64,000 nucleotides of DNA, from the NCBI GenBank assembly GCA_017609605.1, contig JAFCDO010000004.1:14184-78183 (forward strand), in the 5' to 3' direction. The DNA is from Candidatus Parvarchaeota archaeon. GTDB taxonomy: Archaea > Nanobdellota > Nanobdellia > JAAOXT01. Shown in pieces: positions 45,222-55,247 of the stretch. Each line of letters begins with the position of its first letter. Position 1 is the first letter of the stretch. The position numbers and the translations under genes are program-made. The notes beneath the pieces are model-generated. The model saw nothing but the letters and a program-made list of their open reading frames with translations. It searched no databases and was not told the origin of the DNA.

Positions 45222-46204
45222 TATTACTGTTGTCACTGCTAATCGCGTTGCTCGGTTCTTTGATTTTGACTAAAGCTTCAATTTCTTACTTGAGAACAAT
45301 TGGTCTTGAGAACAGTGACGTTCACAAGCCCGCTGGAAGCGCGAAGGTGGTGGAAGGGGGTTTGGGCGCGGTTTGGGCTTTTTTCGCTGGGATCATGGTT
45401 TACGTTGGCTTAATCACTTTTCAGGAAGGAGGTCAGGTTTTGAGCATTTTCGCCCCGGTTTGCACGATAATCATGGTGTCTTGGATCGGTTTTATTGATG
45501 ACATAAAAAAGATAAAGAAATGGAAAGGCGGTTTAAAACAGTGGCAAAAACCGTTGCTAACATTGTTAGCGGTTATCCCGTTGATGGCTGTCCGCGCTGG
45601 AAGCACTTCCATGAGCATTCCTTTCATTGGAATAGTGGATTTCGGGTTGCTTTACACTTTCATCTTGATTCCGATAGGCGTGGTCGGGGCTTCTAACGCG
45701 ATAAACATGCTTGAAGGTTTTAACGGGTTGCAAGGCATGGGCGTGATAGTTCTTGTATTCCAGGGAGTTTACGCTTATTGGCATGGCCAAACTCTTGCGG
45801 CAGCTATAGCTTTTTGTTTCGCTGCAGCCCTGTTAGGTTTTCTTAAGTTCAACTGGCGCCCTGCTAAAATTTTTCCAGGAGACACTTTGACTTATGCTGT
45901 TGGCGCAGCCATTGCAAGCGTCGCGATAGTTGGTAACATTGAAAAATTTAGTATTTATTTATTGGCTCCTTGGATTCTGGAGTTCTTCTTGAAATTGAGA
46001 ACCCGTTTTAAGGCAGAGTGTTTTGGCAAGTTACAAAAGGACGGGACTTTAAAAGCGCCGGAAAAGGTAGGTTCTTTAACGCATTTGGTTATGAGGTCTG
46101 GCAGGTGGACTGAGAAGCAAGTTACCATAATACTTATATTCATAGAATTGTTGGTTGGTTTAATCGCTTTAGGGGTGACTTCATGGCAGATTTTACAGTG
46201 GTAA
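45218..46204 (+). CDS. Polyprenyl/dolichyl-phosphate HexNAc-1-phosphate transferase (MraY/WecA/AglH family)
   Basis: Polytopic, with the NAINMLEGFNGL motif. ATGA overlap with aglB. Confidence 0.8.
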   Translation: MILLLSLLIALLGSLILTKASISYLRTIGLENSDVHKPAGSAKVVEGGLGAVWAFFAGIMVYVGLITFQEGGQVLSIFAPVCTIIMVSWIGFIDDIKKIKKWKGGLKQWQKPLLTLLAVIPLMAVRAGSTSMSIPFIGIVDFGLLYTFILIPIGVVGASNAINMLEGFNGLQGMGVIVLVFQGVYAYWHGQTLAAAIAFCFAAALLGFLKFNWRPAKIFPGDTLTYAVGAAIASVAIVGNIEKFSIYLLAPWILEFFLKLRTRFKAECFGKLQKDGTLKAPEKVGSLTHLVMRSGRWTEKQVTIILIFIELLVGLIALGVTSWQILQW

Positions 46205-46878
46205 TACCAACGTTCAACGAGAAGGAAAACATTGACGAATTAGTGAAACATTTTCTTAAAATGTTCGACCAAAAAAAGCTGGGAGGAGAGTTGTTGGTAG
46301 TGGATGATGATTCCCCGGATAAGACTTGGGAGTTAGTGGAGGCTTGGACGAAAAAGGATTCTCGAGTCAAGTTATTGCACAGGAAGGGAAAGAAAGGTTT
46401 GGCAAGCGCGGTCATTGACGGTTTTGAAAAAGCGGGTTCAAAAATTTTGGTGGTGTGCGACGCCGATTTCTCGCATGATTATTCGATTATTCCGACAATG
46501 GTTTCGTTAATCCGTCAAGGGGAAGACATTGTCATCGGCTCTAGGTTCGTTGAAGGAGGAGGGGTTAAAGGATGGCCTGCTTACAGGCTCTTCATAAGTA
46601 AAGGAGCTAGACTACTATCACGAGTGTTTTTAGGGGTGAAGGTTAAGGATCCTATGAGCGGTTTCTTCGCTTTAAAGAAGAGTGTTTTCAAAAAAATAAA
46701 GGATGACATGAGCCCTCAAGGTTACAAAATTCTTTTGGAAATAGTTTTTAGAAGCGGTTCGAACAAGATTAAAGAAGTGCCTTTCGTTTTCAAAGACAGG
46801 GAACTGGGAAGTTCTAAGCTTAGCGGGAAAGTGATGGGCGAATACTTGAAAATGGTTTTAAACTTGGCTTTCAAGTAG
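46183..46878 (+). CDS. GT2 dolichyl-phosphate mannose/hexose synthase-like
   Basis: VVIPTFNEKENI, VVDDDSPDKT, DADFSHD. Confidence 0.8.
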   Translation: MADFTVVIPTFNEKENIDELVKHFLKMFDQKKLGGELLVVDDDSPDKTWELVEAWTKKDSRVKLLHRKGKKGLASAVIDGFEKAGSKILVVCDADFSHDYSIIPTMVSLIRQGEDIVIGSRFVEGGGVKGWPAYRLFISKGARLLSRVFLGVKVKDPMSGFFALKKSVFKKIKDDMSPQGYKILLEIVFRSGSNKIKEVPFVFKDRELGSSKLSGKVMGEYLKMVLNLAFK

Positions 46879-48388
46879 TCATGTTGTAAACCACGAAGTC
46901 GGTTAATGTTTCGTTTTTGTACCCTTTGCGTGAAAGGAAGCCTCCAAAACTGGACAGGACAACACTATCTTCTTTGTTTATGACTATGTAAGTGGGTATC
47001 TGGGAGGCGGTTCGAGTCCATAACTCAAAGTAGTTTTGTTCAGTGTTAGGATCCCAATAAGCATAATAATATGAGTGAGTGAACTTGAACGGGTTGAATT
47101 GTTTCTTGTTTTTCATGAACTCCCATTCCAATAGTTCGGGAGAGTGAGTGCCGTAGTCAGGGCAACCCCAATCCTTGTTAGTGCATATCAGGTAGTAAAC
47201 CATTTTAGGGTCTTCAGCGAAGCTGACAACTTCTTTAACGTTCACGTTTTCCCGCTGAACGAACAAAGGAAGGGTTGAGAGGAGTATCAGGCCAGCGCTT
47301 AGAACTATTACCGCGTTAAAAAATTTCTTGTCAAGTTTTTCCAGAAAATTGGCGAACAATATGAAAAGGAACGGAACTGCAGGTAGCGTGTACCTCAGGT
47401 CTTTGTTGTCGATGAAAGTTGAGACTAGGTAAACGATTATTATGAATAGCGCCGCCCTTTCCAGGAAAGTGTTGAAGCGCAGAGAAAGTTTGCCTTTCGA
47501 TTTGTGAAATAAACCAAGAATTCCGAGCAGGAATAGCCCGCTTGTCTGCTCGAAAAAGCCTGTTACGTAATACGTCCATCCCGCGGGTTCCTTCCAGTTA
47601 GGATCGTTTTCTATGATTCCTTGGTTCTGACTGTAGTAATGGTAATGGCGAATCATGTCGTTGTCGATGAGCGAGAATTGAAGCCAAGGAAGAGCGATTA
47701 ACAAGCAGAGCGTGAATTGAATCGCGAAGCGGAAAATCATTCCAGAACGAATTCTTTTTTTGACAGCCCACTCGATTATGAAGTAAGCAAAGATGAAAGC
47801 GGATAGGAAGATTATGGAAGTGTATTTTAACATGAACGCTGCGAGCAGGGGGATGGTTCCAAGAAACATTTTTTTGATTCCTTTTTGGTGGAAGAAGTTG
47901 TAGTACCACACTATCATCATCGCTGCAAGCGATGAGTCAACTAAAGGTTCTCTCGCCCACCTGAAAAAGATGGGGGAAAGCGATAAGAGAATTGTTGTTA
48001 ATAGCGACGTTCTATAACCAAATTTTTTTCTCAGAAGCAAGTAGAAAAAGTACAGTCCAACGATGACAAAGATTTGTGTCGCGAGCCTGGAGACCAGTTC
48101 ATTAATCCCAAAAAAAGGGAACAGGATTCCTTCTAGGATTGCGTGGGCAGGGGGGTGGTAAAGCGCTGCCCACCTTATGGGGTACACTTGAGAGTATTGG
48201 TTGTAGAAGTCTGGAAGCGAGATTAGTTCTCCGGAAAGCACGGTTTTGAAGTAGTCAGCGAAGAAAACGCCTGCCGCTGCGTGAACGCTTTCATCCCAGT
48301 TCAAGGAAGGGTTTGTGAGGAAGTTGCAAAGGATTAGGTAAAACACGAAGTAAATTATCAAGAAAAATTTTCTTTTTCCGAGTTGCAT
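46871..48388 (-). CDS. GT-C membrane glycosyltransferase (GT39/ArnT/PMT-like)
   Basis: 505 aa with >10 TM helices and a C-terminal soluble domain. N-terminal loop WDESVHAAAG resembles the PMT_2 acidic loop. Confidence 0.6.
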   Translation of the reverse strand: MQLGKRKFFLIIYFVFYLILCNFLTNPSLNWDESVHAAAGVFFADYFKTVLSGELISLPDFYNQYSQVYPIRWAALYHPPAHAILEGILFPFFGINELVSRLATQIFVIVGLYFFYLLLRKKFGYRTSLLTTILLSLSPIFFRWAREPLVDSSLAAMMIVWYYNFFHQKGIKKMFLGTIPLLAAFMLKYTSIIFLSAFIFAYFIIEWAVKKRIRSGMIFRFAIQFTLCLLIALPWLQFSLIDNDMIRHYHYYSQNQGIIENDPNWKEPAGWTYYVTGFFEQTSGLFLLGILGLFHKSKGKLSLRFNTFLERAALFIIIVYLVSTFIDNKDLRYTLPAVPFLFILFANFLEKLDKKFFNAVIVLSAGLILLSTLPLFVQRENVNVKEVVSFAEDPKMVYYLICTNKDWGCPDYGTHSPELLEWEFMKNKKQFNPFKFTHSYYYAYWDPNTEQNYFELWTRTASQIPTYIVINKEDSVVLSSFGGFLSRKGYKNETLTDFVVYNMTT

Positions 48389-48444
48389 GTTTAATTAATT
48401 AAAGGTTAATATTTTAAATCATATCGGATATAGTCCTTGATATA

Positions 48445-49131
48445 ATGATTAGTGTCGTGCTGCCAGCGCATAACGAGGCCAGGAATCTTGAACGAACAGT
48501 GAAAAAATTGGCTGGTTTTTTAGAAAAAGGTTATGAAATAATTGTTGCTGAGGACGGGAGCACTGACGGGACTGATCGGGTTGCGAGAAGATTGGAGAGA
48601 AAAGGTTTAATAAAATTCATGCATTCTGACGAGCGGTTGGGGAGGGGCAAAGCGTTGTCCGCAGCGTTCAAAAAAGCTAGGGGGAACGTTATCGTTTACA
48701 TGGATGTTGATTTAGCAACGCAGTTATCGTCTCTCAAACAATTAATCAATGAAGTGCGGGGAGGAGCTGATATAGCGATTGGTTCTCGCTACTGTAAGGG
48801 GTCTGATGCTAAAAGAACTTTTTCGCGGTTGTTGGCGAGCAAGGCTTACAACTTGTTGGTTTTCGTTTTGTTCGGGTTAAAGCTCAGCGATATGCAGTGC
48901 GGTTTCAAAGCGTTTAAGAAAGATTCTCTGATGAAAATGTTGTGTGACGTGAAGGACACGCACTGGTTTTGGGACACTGAATTGCTCATAAGGGCTAGCA
49001 GGAAGGGGTATAAGATAGTTGAGGTACCTGTTAGGTGGCGTGAGGGTGAGTCAACGACTGTCAACGTTTTAAAAGATTCGTTGGACATGGGATCCAATCT
49101 TTTCAAGTTGAAGTTGAGAGGCGTAAAATAA
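48445..49131 (+). CDS. GT2 dolichyl-phosphate glycosyltransferase
   Basis: VVLPAHNEARNL, EDGSTDGT, DVDLAT. Confidence 0.8.
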   Translation: MISVVLPAHNEARNLERTVKKLAGFLEKGYEIIVAEDGSTDGTDRVARRLERKGLIKFMHSDERLGRGKALSAAFKKARGNVIVYMDVDLATQLSSLKQLINEVRGGADIAIGSRYCKGSDAKRTFSRLLASKAYNLLVFVLFGLKLSDMQCGFKAFKKDSLMKMLCDVKDTHWFWDTELLIRASRKGYKIVEVPVRWREGESTTVNVLKDSLDMGSNLFKLKLRGVK

Positions 49132-49162
49132 TTTAATGTTTGAAGGGAGGGATTAAGTGGGC

Positions 49163-49405
49163 ATGCAAGAAAGAATAAGGAGTTTGTTACTTGATGGGGA
49201 GACGTCTTTGAAAGATTTGTGCAGAAGAACTGGTTTTGAGAAGAAGAAGGTTAAAAAAGTTTTGAGAAAGGTTGGTGCCGTGAAGGTTAAACGGGACGGC
49301 GTAACTCGTTATCATCTGGTTAAAAGAAAGGGTTTTACTTTAAGAATTTCTTTAGCCAGGATAAAAAACTTTTTTGAAGTTAACAATTTTGTTAAGGTAA
49401 AATGA
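49163..49405 (+). CDS. Small basic protein, possibly winged-helix
   Basis: ~80 aa. SD GGGAGGGA upstream of ATG 49163. Its 3' end lies inside the 85-bp direct repeat. Confidence 0.4.
   Translation: MQERIRSLLLDGETSLKDLCRRTGFEKKKVKKVLRKVGAVKVKRDGVTRYHLVKRKGFTLRISLARIKNFFEVNNFVKVK
49314..49398 (+). repeat. 85-bp perfect direct repeat, copy 1
   Basis: ATCTGGTTAAAAGAAAGGGTTTTACTTTAAGAATTTCTTTAGCCAGGATAAAAAACTTTTTTGAAGTTAACAATTTTGTTAAGGT is identical to 51481-51565. Confidence 0.95.
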
Positions 49406-51471
49406 AGTTAAAAATAAAAATGCCAGTTAACAAAAAGCATGTTTTACTACTAACATTCTTATTAGGACTTTTCATTGTTTTAAGAGTTCAAGGTTTTAGA
49501 CCTGATAATTCGGTTCCAAAACACATTGATTTTGGAGTTCACTTGCATAGGGTTCTTTTTCTGCAAAGGTATGGGTTCACTTTTTGGGACCCTTACGTGG
49601 CCGCGGGCTACCCTATCTTTCGTTACAGTAGCGTACTACCATGGGCTTTGACAGCGAGTTTGGCAAGTTTTTATGGAACGGTTCTTGGCTTTAAAGTGAT
49701 GCAAGTATTTCTTGTTGGGCTTATCTATATGTTCTTTTTTCTTTTTTGCAGAAAATATATTAAAAATAATTTAAGCATTATGGTTGCGCTATTGTTCTTC
49801 GCAGTCATTCAGAGACAAACAAGTTTTCCTCACGATGTTTTCTCAGATTTTTTAATGCACAGAAGTTTTCAATTCGTTTTCACACTCATTTTTCTTTACT
49901 TTTTTTTGGATAAGAAAAGGTTCGGCGTAAAACAAATAATTTTGTTGGGGTTATTATTAGCGGCTAGTTTTATGTCTCATAACCTGCAAGGAATAATGCT
50001 TCTAAAATTAGTTTTCATATTCTTGATTGCACGATTTTTCTTAAGCAAAAAGTTGATTCAAGGATCAACATTTCTTTTTGGGGTTTTCGTCGTGTTCTTT
50101 CTGGTGACCGGAGTGGTTCTCGTTCCAATGTTTCTTGAATCTGGTTTGATGAACATGCCTTTTAATGAACCTTACCTCCGTAATTGTGCTAAATCCTTAC
50201 AAGCATCTTTTCAGGATAATCTTAGGAGCCAGATTCAAAACTTGTCATTGAACTTAACGTTATTGAGCGCTAACGCGCAAACAATTTTGTTTTTATTTGT
50301 TTTAGGATTCATTTTTTTGAATTATAAGAGGATGAAGGAGTTAAGAACGATTTTGATTTTTATAGGGTTTATCGTTCTGGCAAATCTTTTATGGAGTGTT
50401 GGCATGACTTTAGCTCCAGAAGACATTGTAACTTATTTGTCTGTTCTTATTCCTTTGGACAGTAAGATTGTATACTTTTTCTTACCCATATTGCTTGTTG
50501 CTTCGTTCAATGCTTGCAAGTCTAATTGGAAATACATTTTTGCATTGAGTATTCTGGTAGCAGTCATAGGCAATTCTTTTTTGCAGGTTGACAAAATGTT
50601 TTTGTGGAGAGATTTTAATGTTGGGTCTGAATTGGAATCTGAGATATCCACAATATATTCTTATTTGAAGGATTATGAAAGGGTCGCTCTTTTCCCATCT
50701 CTTGGTTTTTTTTCAAAACTCCGCAACATTTACTTGGGCGGTCCTTTGAATGGTTGCGAATCTTATTTTTCGCTTGTGAACAATGTTAGCATAATAAACT
50801 TTCATCACGCGCCCTCTGACCCAAAATTTGATGTTTACACAGGGAAAGTCCAGAACCCTTTTATTAGTTATACTGAGAGTTTTTGTGATATAGAACCAAA
50901 CATAGCTAATTTCTCTGCAAAACCTTTCTCACTAGCAGGAAAGGTTGCTTATATGATGAACATATCAGAATTCAATAACATGGTGAATGCAGGAAATATT
51001 CAAGCAGTTGTGCTTAATCCTGTTTACAAACCGTTTGTGGATTTTTTCTTTTCCAATCAAGAGTTCAAATTAGTTAGGCAGATTAAAATTAATGCAACAA
51101 ATATTGGTAACACGTATTTGATCTTTGAAAAAGTTCCAAAGCCTAGTTTGCTTAAGTGCGGTTCAAGAGGAAATTATTCTATTCAAGACATAAGTCCAGA
51201 CATAACCAGAATATCATTTGATAACGTGACTAAAGGAGATAACTGTGAATTATCAATAACTTATCATCCATCATTAAATATGCAGATAGACGGTAAGCCA
51301 ATCGCTTTTTCAAGAACCAATTATGGATTCATAAGTTTTGATGCTCCTGCCGGTGACGGAGTTATAGAATTGAGTCTTGGGCATTCTTATGAAAAAATTC
51401 TTGCTTGGGTTTCTTTAATCTCTCTAGCAATTCTATTGTTTATCCTTTTTAGAACCCAAAGTGAAAAGTAA
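49402..51471 (+). CDS. Large polytopic membrane protein with C-terminal extracytoplasmic domain (GT-C-like candidate)
   Basis: 689 aa with ~12 TM helices, a ~250-aa soluble region and a terminal TM helix. Visibly more AT-rich than its neighbours. Start overlaps the upstream stop (ATGA). Confidence 0.55.
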   Translation: MKLKIKMPVNKKHVLLLTFLLGLFIVLRVQGFRPDNSVPKHIDFGVHLHRVLFLQRYGFTFWDPYVAAGYPIFRYSSVLPWALTASLASFYGTVLGFKVMQVFLVGLIYMFFFLFCRKYIKNNLSIMVALLFFAVIQRQTSFPHDVFSDFLMHRSFQFVFTLIFLYFFLDKKRFGVKQIILLGLLLAASFMSHNLQGIMLLKLVFIFLIARFFLSKKLIQGSTFLFGVFVVFFLVTGVVLVPMFLESGLMNMPFNEPYLRNCAKSLQASFQDNLRSQIQNLSLNLTLLSANAQTILFLFVLGFIFLNYKRMKELRTILIFIGFIVLANLLWSVGMTLAPEDIVTYLSVLIPLDSKIVYFFLPILLVASFNACKSNWKYIFALSILVAVIGNSFLQVDKMFLWRDFNVGSELESEISTIYSYLKDYERVALFPSLGFFSKLRNIYLGGPLNGCESYFSLVNNVSIINFHHAPSDPKFDVYTGKVQNPFISYTESFCDIEPNIANFSAKPFSLAGKVAYMMNISEFNNMVNAGNIQAVVLNPVYKPFVDFFFSNQEFKLVRQIKINATNIGNTYLIFEKVPKPSLLKCGSRGNYSIQDISPDITRISFDNVTKGDNCELSITYHPSLNMQIDGKPIAFSRTNYGFISFDAPAGDGVIELSLGHSYEKILAWVSLISLAILLFILFRTQSEK

Positions 51472-51480
51472 TTTATTATT

Positions 51481-51565
51481 ATCTGGTTAAAAGAAAGGGT
51501 TTTACTTTAAGAATTTCTTTAGCCAGGATAAAAAACTTTTTTGAAGTTAACAATTTTGTTAAGGT
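51481..51565 (+). repeat. 85-bp perfect direct repeat, copy 2
   Basis: Identical to 49314-49398. Continues in frame to ...VKVR-stop (TAA 51570-51572). Confidence 0.95.
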
Positions 51566-51580
51566 GAGGTAAAAAGAAAT

Positions 51581-52573
51581 TTATTTTTCTATTTTTGCAG
51601 GGTTTATGATTGGCAGTAATAAGGCTCCGACCAGTATTGTCACGTACAGGGTTGCGAACCTGAACAGAATTGAGATGCCTGTTCCAACGTCACCGGATAT
51701 TCCTTGATACGTGAACAACATGATTAAAGCACCTTCAGCTATTCCTAATCCTCCAGGGGTTAGTGGCAGCGCGGTTATTAGGGCGGTGAGTATTGCTAGG
51801 AATCCTAGGAAGTAGAAGTTTAGGGTTATCCCGAAGGCTTGGACGACGAACGCTAGAGACACTATTTCCAGCATCCAAATGGTTACTGTAAGAACGAATA
51901 TGTTAAAAAGTTTTTTTTTGTTCTTGAATATTCTGAATCCTTGCTGGAATTTTTCCCACGCGTGTTCAAACTTTTCTGAAAACCTGGACAGCAGGGGAAG
52001 CGAGAAAACTGATTTCATGAACTTTTTTGCAAAAGAAGGTTTCCAGAGCATTAGGGTTAAGAAAAACGAGCCTGCGATGACGAATAGTAAAGACGTGTTT
52101 AAGGCGCTGGTGATAAGGGGTTGCGTTATTTTAGCGGAGTAGACGAAGAAAAAGGATAAAATGATTATTATCACTAAGTCGAAGAATCTTTCAAGCAGTA
52201 TTAATGCAATGATTTTTGAACGGGACACGTCAAGCTTTTTGGCGGACCAGATTCGGTACGCTTCACCGAATTTCGACGGGCTGATGCTGTTAAAAAACCA
52301 TGTGAAGCAAATAATTTTGAATAAGGGTGAAAACCTGATTTTATAGCCTTGAGCTGATAACAAGGTTTTCCATCTAATGGTTCTGAGAGGATATGTTAGA
52401 AAGAAAGCGAATAAGGCTAAACCGTAATACATTGGGTTTATCGTCAAAATTTTTTCTAAAACAAGTCCTAAATCGATTTTGCTGAACACTAGCCAGAGAA
52501 TTATCACGGATAGGATTAGCCCGAGCAAAACCCTTTTGATGGGGAACTTTTTTATGTCAGAAGATTTTTTCAT
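51581..52573 (-). CDS. UPF0104 / lysyl-PG-synthase-TM-like protein (flippase-like domain)
   Basis: 330 aa with 8 TM helices. KIDLGLVLEKI...PLRTIRWKTLL pattern. Confidence 0.6.
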   Translation of the reverse strand: MKKSSDIKKFPIKRVLLGLILSVIILWLVFSKIDLGLVLEKILTINPMYYGLALFAFFLTYPLRTIRWKTLLSAQGYKIRFSPLFKIICFTWFFNSISPSKFGEAYRIWSAKKLDVSRSKIIALILLERFFDLVIIIILSFFFVYSAKITQPLITSALNTSLLFVIAGSFFLTLMLWKPSFAKKFMKSVFSLPLLSRFSEKFEHAWEKFQQGFRIFKNKKKLFNIFVLTVTIWMLEIVSLAFVVQAFGITLNFYFLGFLAILTALITALPLTPGGLGIAEGALIMLFTYQGISGDVGTGISILFRFATLYVTILVGALLLPIINPAKIEK

Positions 52574-52623
52574 TAGTATGTTTATCAGAAGGTTTTTAAA
52601 ATTTAAAAAGTTTTCATGTTTTG

Positions 52624-53298
52624 ATGATGATAAGCTTCTTAATCCCCGCTTATAATGAGGAAAAAAGGATTGTTAAAACGCTCAAACGAATTATTAGCTT
52701 TGCAGAAAAATTTTGTAAGAAATATGAGGTAATAGTGATTTGTGATGGAAATGACGATACTGCTAAAAGAGCAAGGTCTTTCAAAAAAGTCAAGGTTTTG
52801 GGGTTTAAGACGCGTTTGGGTAAAGGAGGAGCTCTTGTTAAGGGTTTTGAGGCGTCTCGCGGCGAGGCAATAGTTTTTTTGGATGCTGACTTGAGCACGC
52901 CTCCCAAATATGTTAAGAAACTTGTTGGCGCCCTGGATTCCAGTGACGTCGCTATTGGTTCAAGGTACTTGAAGAATTCTAGGATAAACATTCCTTTTAA
53001 GAGGTTAATCGCTTCCAGAGGTTTCAACTTTTTAGTCAGGTTGTTCACTGGTTTGAACGTGAACGACACGCAGTCGGGTTTTAAAGCTTTTAAGAGAAGT
53101 GCTTTAGAATCAGTGTTTCCTCTGCGAGTGACAGGTTTTTCTTTTGACGTTGAACTGCTTAAGAAGTTGAAGGGAAAGGGTTTTAGCATGAAAGAGGTTC
53201 CTGTCGAATGGGTTCACGACCCTGACTCGAAAATGACTTATTCTAAGGCTTTAGCCATGTTTCGCGATTTATTGCGCATTGTTGTATATGATGAGTAA
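52624..53298 (+). CDS. GT2 dolichyl-phosphate glycosyltransferase
   Basis: LIPAYNEEKRI, CDGNDDT, DADLSTP. ATG at 52624; the track's TTG is 3 nt upstream. Confidence 0.8.
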   Translation: MMISFLIPAYNEEKRIVKTLKRIISFAEKFCKKYEVIVICDGNDDTAKRARSFKKVKVLGFKTRLGKGGALVKGFEASRGEAIVFLDADLSTPPKYVKKLVGALDSSDVAIGSRYLKNSRINIPFKRLIASRGFNFLVRLFTGLNVNDTQSGFKAFKRSALESVFPLRVTGFSFDVELLKKLKGKGFSMKEVPVEWVHDPDSKMTYSKALAMFRDLLRIVVYDE

Positions 53299-54714
53299 GG
53301 GAGATATTCTGTCTTGGTATGATTGAGTGTACGTTTTTGCAACGCTAAGGTTGAGGGTGTAGGCGTATTCTGGGTGGGTTTCGAAAACGCTCACCACGAC
53401 GAACTTGACGCGTTCGTCTTTTAGTAAGCTATCTAGTTCTTCTAAGGTTTCGGGAAAGTTGATGGTTGTTCTTTCACTGTAGAAAGTGTTTTGAGGGATG
53501 GACGCGCTCACGACGACCTGGCCGGGCAACGAGTTTTGTTTAATCCATTCTCCTGCCTGGCTTACTTGCGCGTAAGAAGGTCCTTTTGAGGTTATCAATG
53601 AGTGCCCGTAGCTTAGGTTGGAGTAGAATACTATTGCTAGGCAGGCGATGACCACTATTTTTCGGGTCTGCTTGTCTGCAAAGAGTTGTCCGATTTGTTT
53701 TATTCCTAGTCCTGTTAGCAGGAAGAAGTAGGGTAGTACGTACATCATGAACCTGTCTTCTTTGTGCTGGATGAGTGAGAAAGCCAGGAAAAAAGTGGCT
53801 ATCACTGCCAGGAAGAAAAACACTTTTTTCTTTTTGACTTGTTTTAGGGATGCCGCCAGGCCTAGTAGTGTTAGTAGAAGAGTGGGGGATACGAGCAGGC
53901 TTCCTAGGAACCCGAATCCCGGGATCATCGTGGTTAACTCTAATAATTCTCCCATGAGGTGAGGCATGCCTGCGAAGAAGTACCAGAAGGGTTCAACTCC
54001 TGTTCCAGGTCCTGCCACGTTGAACGCGAAGAACTCTTGAATTGATTCCAATGGGTTGCCGTAAACTAGAACGTCGTACACGGGAAGCATCATGAAGAAG
54101 CCGAGAGCGAATAAGATCCACGAGTAGTTTTTGATTTTTCTTTCTTTGTTCAGTAATTGATGCAGGAGTAATGGGAACGCGACCACTATTGCGGCGAACC
54201 TGATGATTGTGGCAAGAGCTATTGACGCACCCATCAGTAAAGGGTAGTGTTTGTTCTCATCTTTTTTTAAGAAGAAGAGTACTGCAAGCATGGCGAGCGC
54301 TGTTGAAGGGATTCCTGTGAGAACGCGGACGCCGTAAAAGTTGAACATCCACGATACCGCGACCATTGATGAGCCGATGAGGGCTACGTCCCTGTTAAAA
54401 ACGATTTTGCCAATCTCGTAGGTTAGGAATACGATGCTTGTTGCGAAACCTATTCCTATGAGCTTGGCCATGAATTCGTTGCCCAGCGAAGGTAGAAGCA
54501 TTAACGGGAATATGAAGGTTCTGCCAGCCCACCACCCCGTGTCGGGGGTGCCGTACAACCAGTTCTTGGCTTTGACAAGATAAGTGGATTCATCCCACCA
54601 TAACGCTTGATTGGTGTTGATGTAGAAAAGCTTGACAACTACTGTGAGGATTAGGATGCCTATGAGGAGACCGTTTTTTTCGAATAGTTTTTTCAACTTT
54701 TTTTGAGATATCAT
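53269..54714 (-). CDS. GT-C membrane glycosyltransferase (GT39/ArnT-like)
   Basis: ~480 aa, polytopic, with the WWDESTY loop motif near the N-terminus. Start set at ATG 54714, which has a TATA ~35 nt upstream. Confidence 0.6.
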   Translation of the reverse strand: MISQKKLKKLFEKNGLLIGILILTVVVKLFYINTNQALWWDESTYLVKAKNWLYGTPDTGWWAGRTFIFPLMLLPSLGNEFMAKLIGIGFATSIVFLTYEIGKIVFNRDVALIGSSMVAVSWMFNFYGVRVLTGIPSTALAMLAVLFFLKKDENKHYPLLMGASIALATIIRFAAIVVAFPLLLHQLLNKERKIKNYSWILFALGFFMMLPVYDVLVYGNPLESIQEFFAFNVAGPGTGVEPFWYFFAGMPHLMGELLELTTMIPGFGFLGSLLVSPTLLLTLLGLAASLKQVKKKKVFFFLAVIATFFLAFSLIQHKEDRFMMYVLPYFFLLTGLGIKQIGQLFADKQTRKIVVIACLAIVFYSNLSYGHSLITSKGPSYAQVSQAGEWIKQNSLPGQVVVSASIPQNTFYSERTTINFPETLEELDSLLKDERVKFVVVSVFETHPEYAYTLNLSVAKTYTQSYQDRISPLLIIYNNAQ

Positions 54715-54764
54715 ATTTAAATCACATTCTTGCAACCAATATATTTTAACTTTATTGCTGAGAG

Positions 54765-55247
54765 CTACCGATTTCTCCCAATAATAATATTTAATTTGCT
54801 TCTGATTTTGTTTATTTTATTTTCATCTAATTTTAAAATGATTGACTTGCATTTTACAAAAAGTTCAGGGGCTTTTTTAACCATGTTATGGAACTGCTTA
54901 TCTGGGACAGCCCGGTTCACGTAGTACTGCGAGTCTATTCTTGATTTGAGAGAATCCTCTAAGAAATCGATTTCATTTTCGCTGAAAAACTCGTTTAGGT
55001 AATTCTTGGCAAATTGTAATGTACAAGAGTGGATTCCGCATTTCACCCCGATTTTCATGAGAATAGAGTAAAGAGAGAAATACATGGTGTAATACGCAGT
55101 CGATATCTTCCATTCTTTAATCTTGTTAATTCTTATCGACTTTAGAGAGTTTTCTGCTTTTTTTATATAAGCTTCAGCAAGATTCGAATTCGGTTCAACC
55201 AGACTGATTCCATCATTTTGCTGTAAGCACCAATCCATCTTATTCAT
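54765..55247 (-). CDS. HEPN-domain protein (toxin-like partner of the upstream nucleotidyltransferase)
   Basis: 160 aa, all-helical pattern (AEAYIKKAENSL...AYYTMYFSLYSILMKIG...SRIDSQYY). 8-nt overlap with the MNT gene. Confidence 0.6.
   Translation of the reverse strand: MNKMDWCLQQNDGISLVEPNSNLAEAYIKKAENSLKSIRINKIKEWKISTAYYTMYFSLYSILMKIGVKCGIHSCTLQFAKNYLNEFFSENEIDFLEDSLKSRIDSQYYVNRAVPDKQFHNMVKKAPELFVKCKSIILKLDENKINKIRSKLNIIIGRNR

Noticed and set aside
49314-51565. 85-bp repeats as target-site duplications of an IS element or transposon
   Set aside because: 85 bp is far longer than any TSD. There are no terminal inverted repeats and no transposase or integrase between the copies. This is kept as a homology or Campbell-type insertion hypothesis instead.
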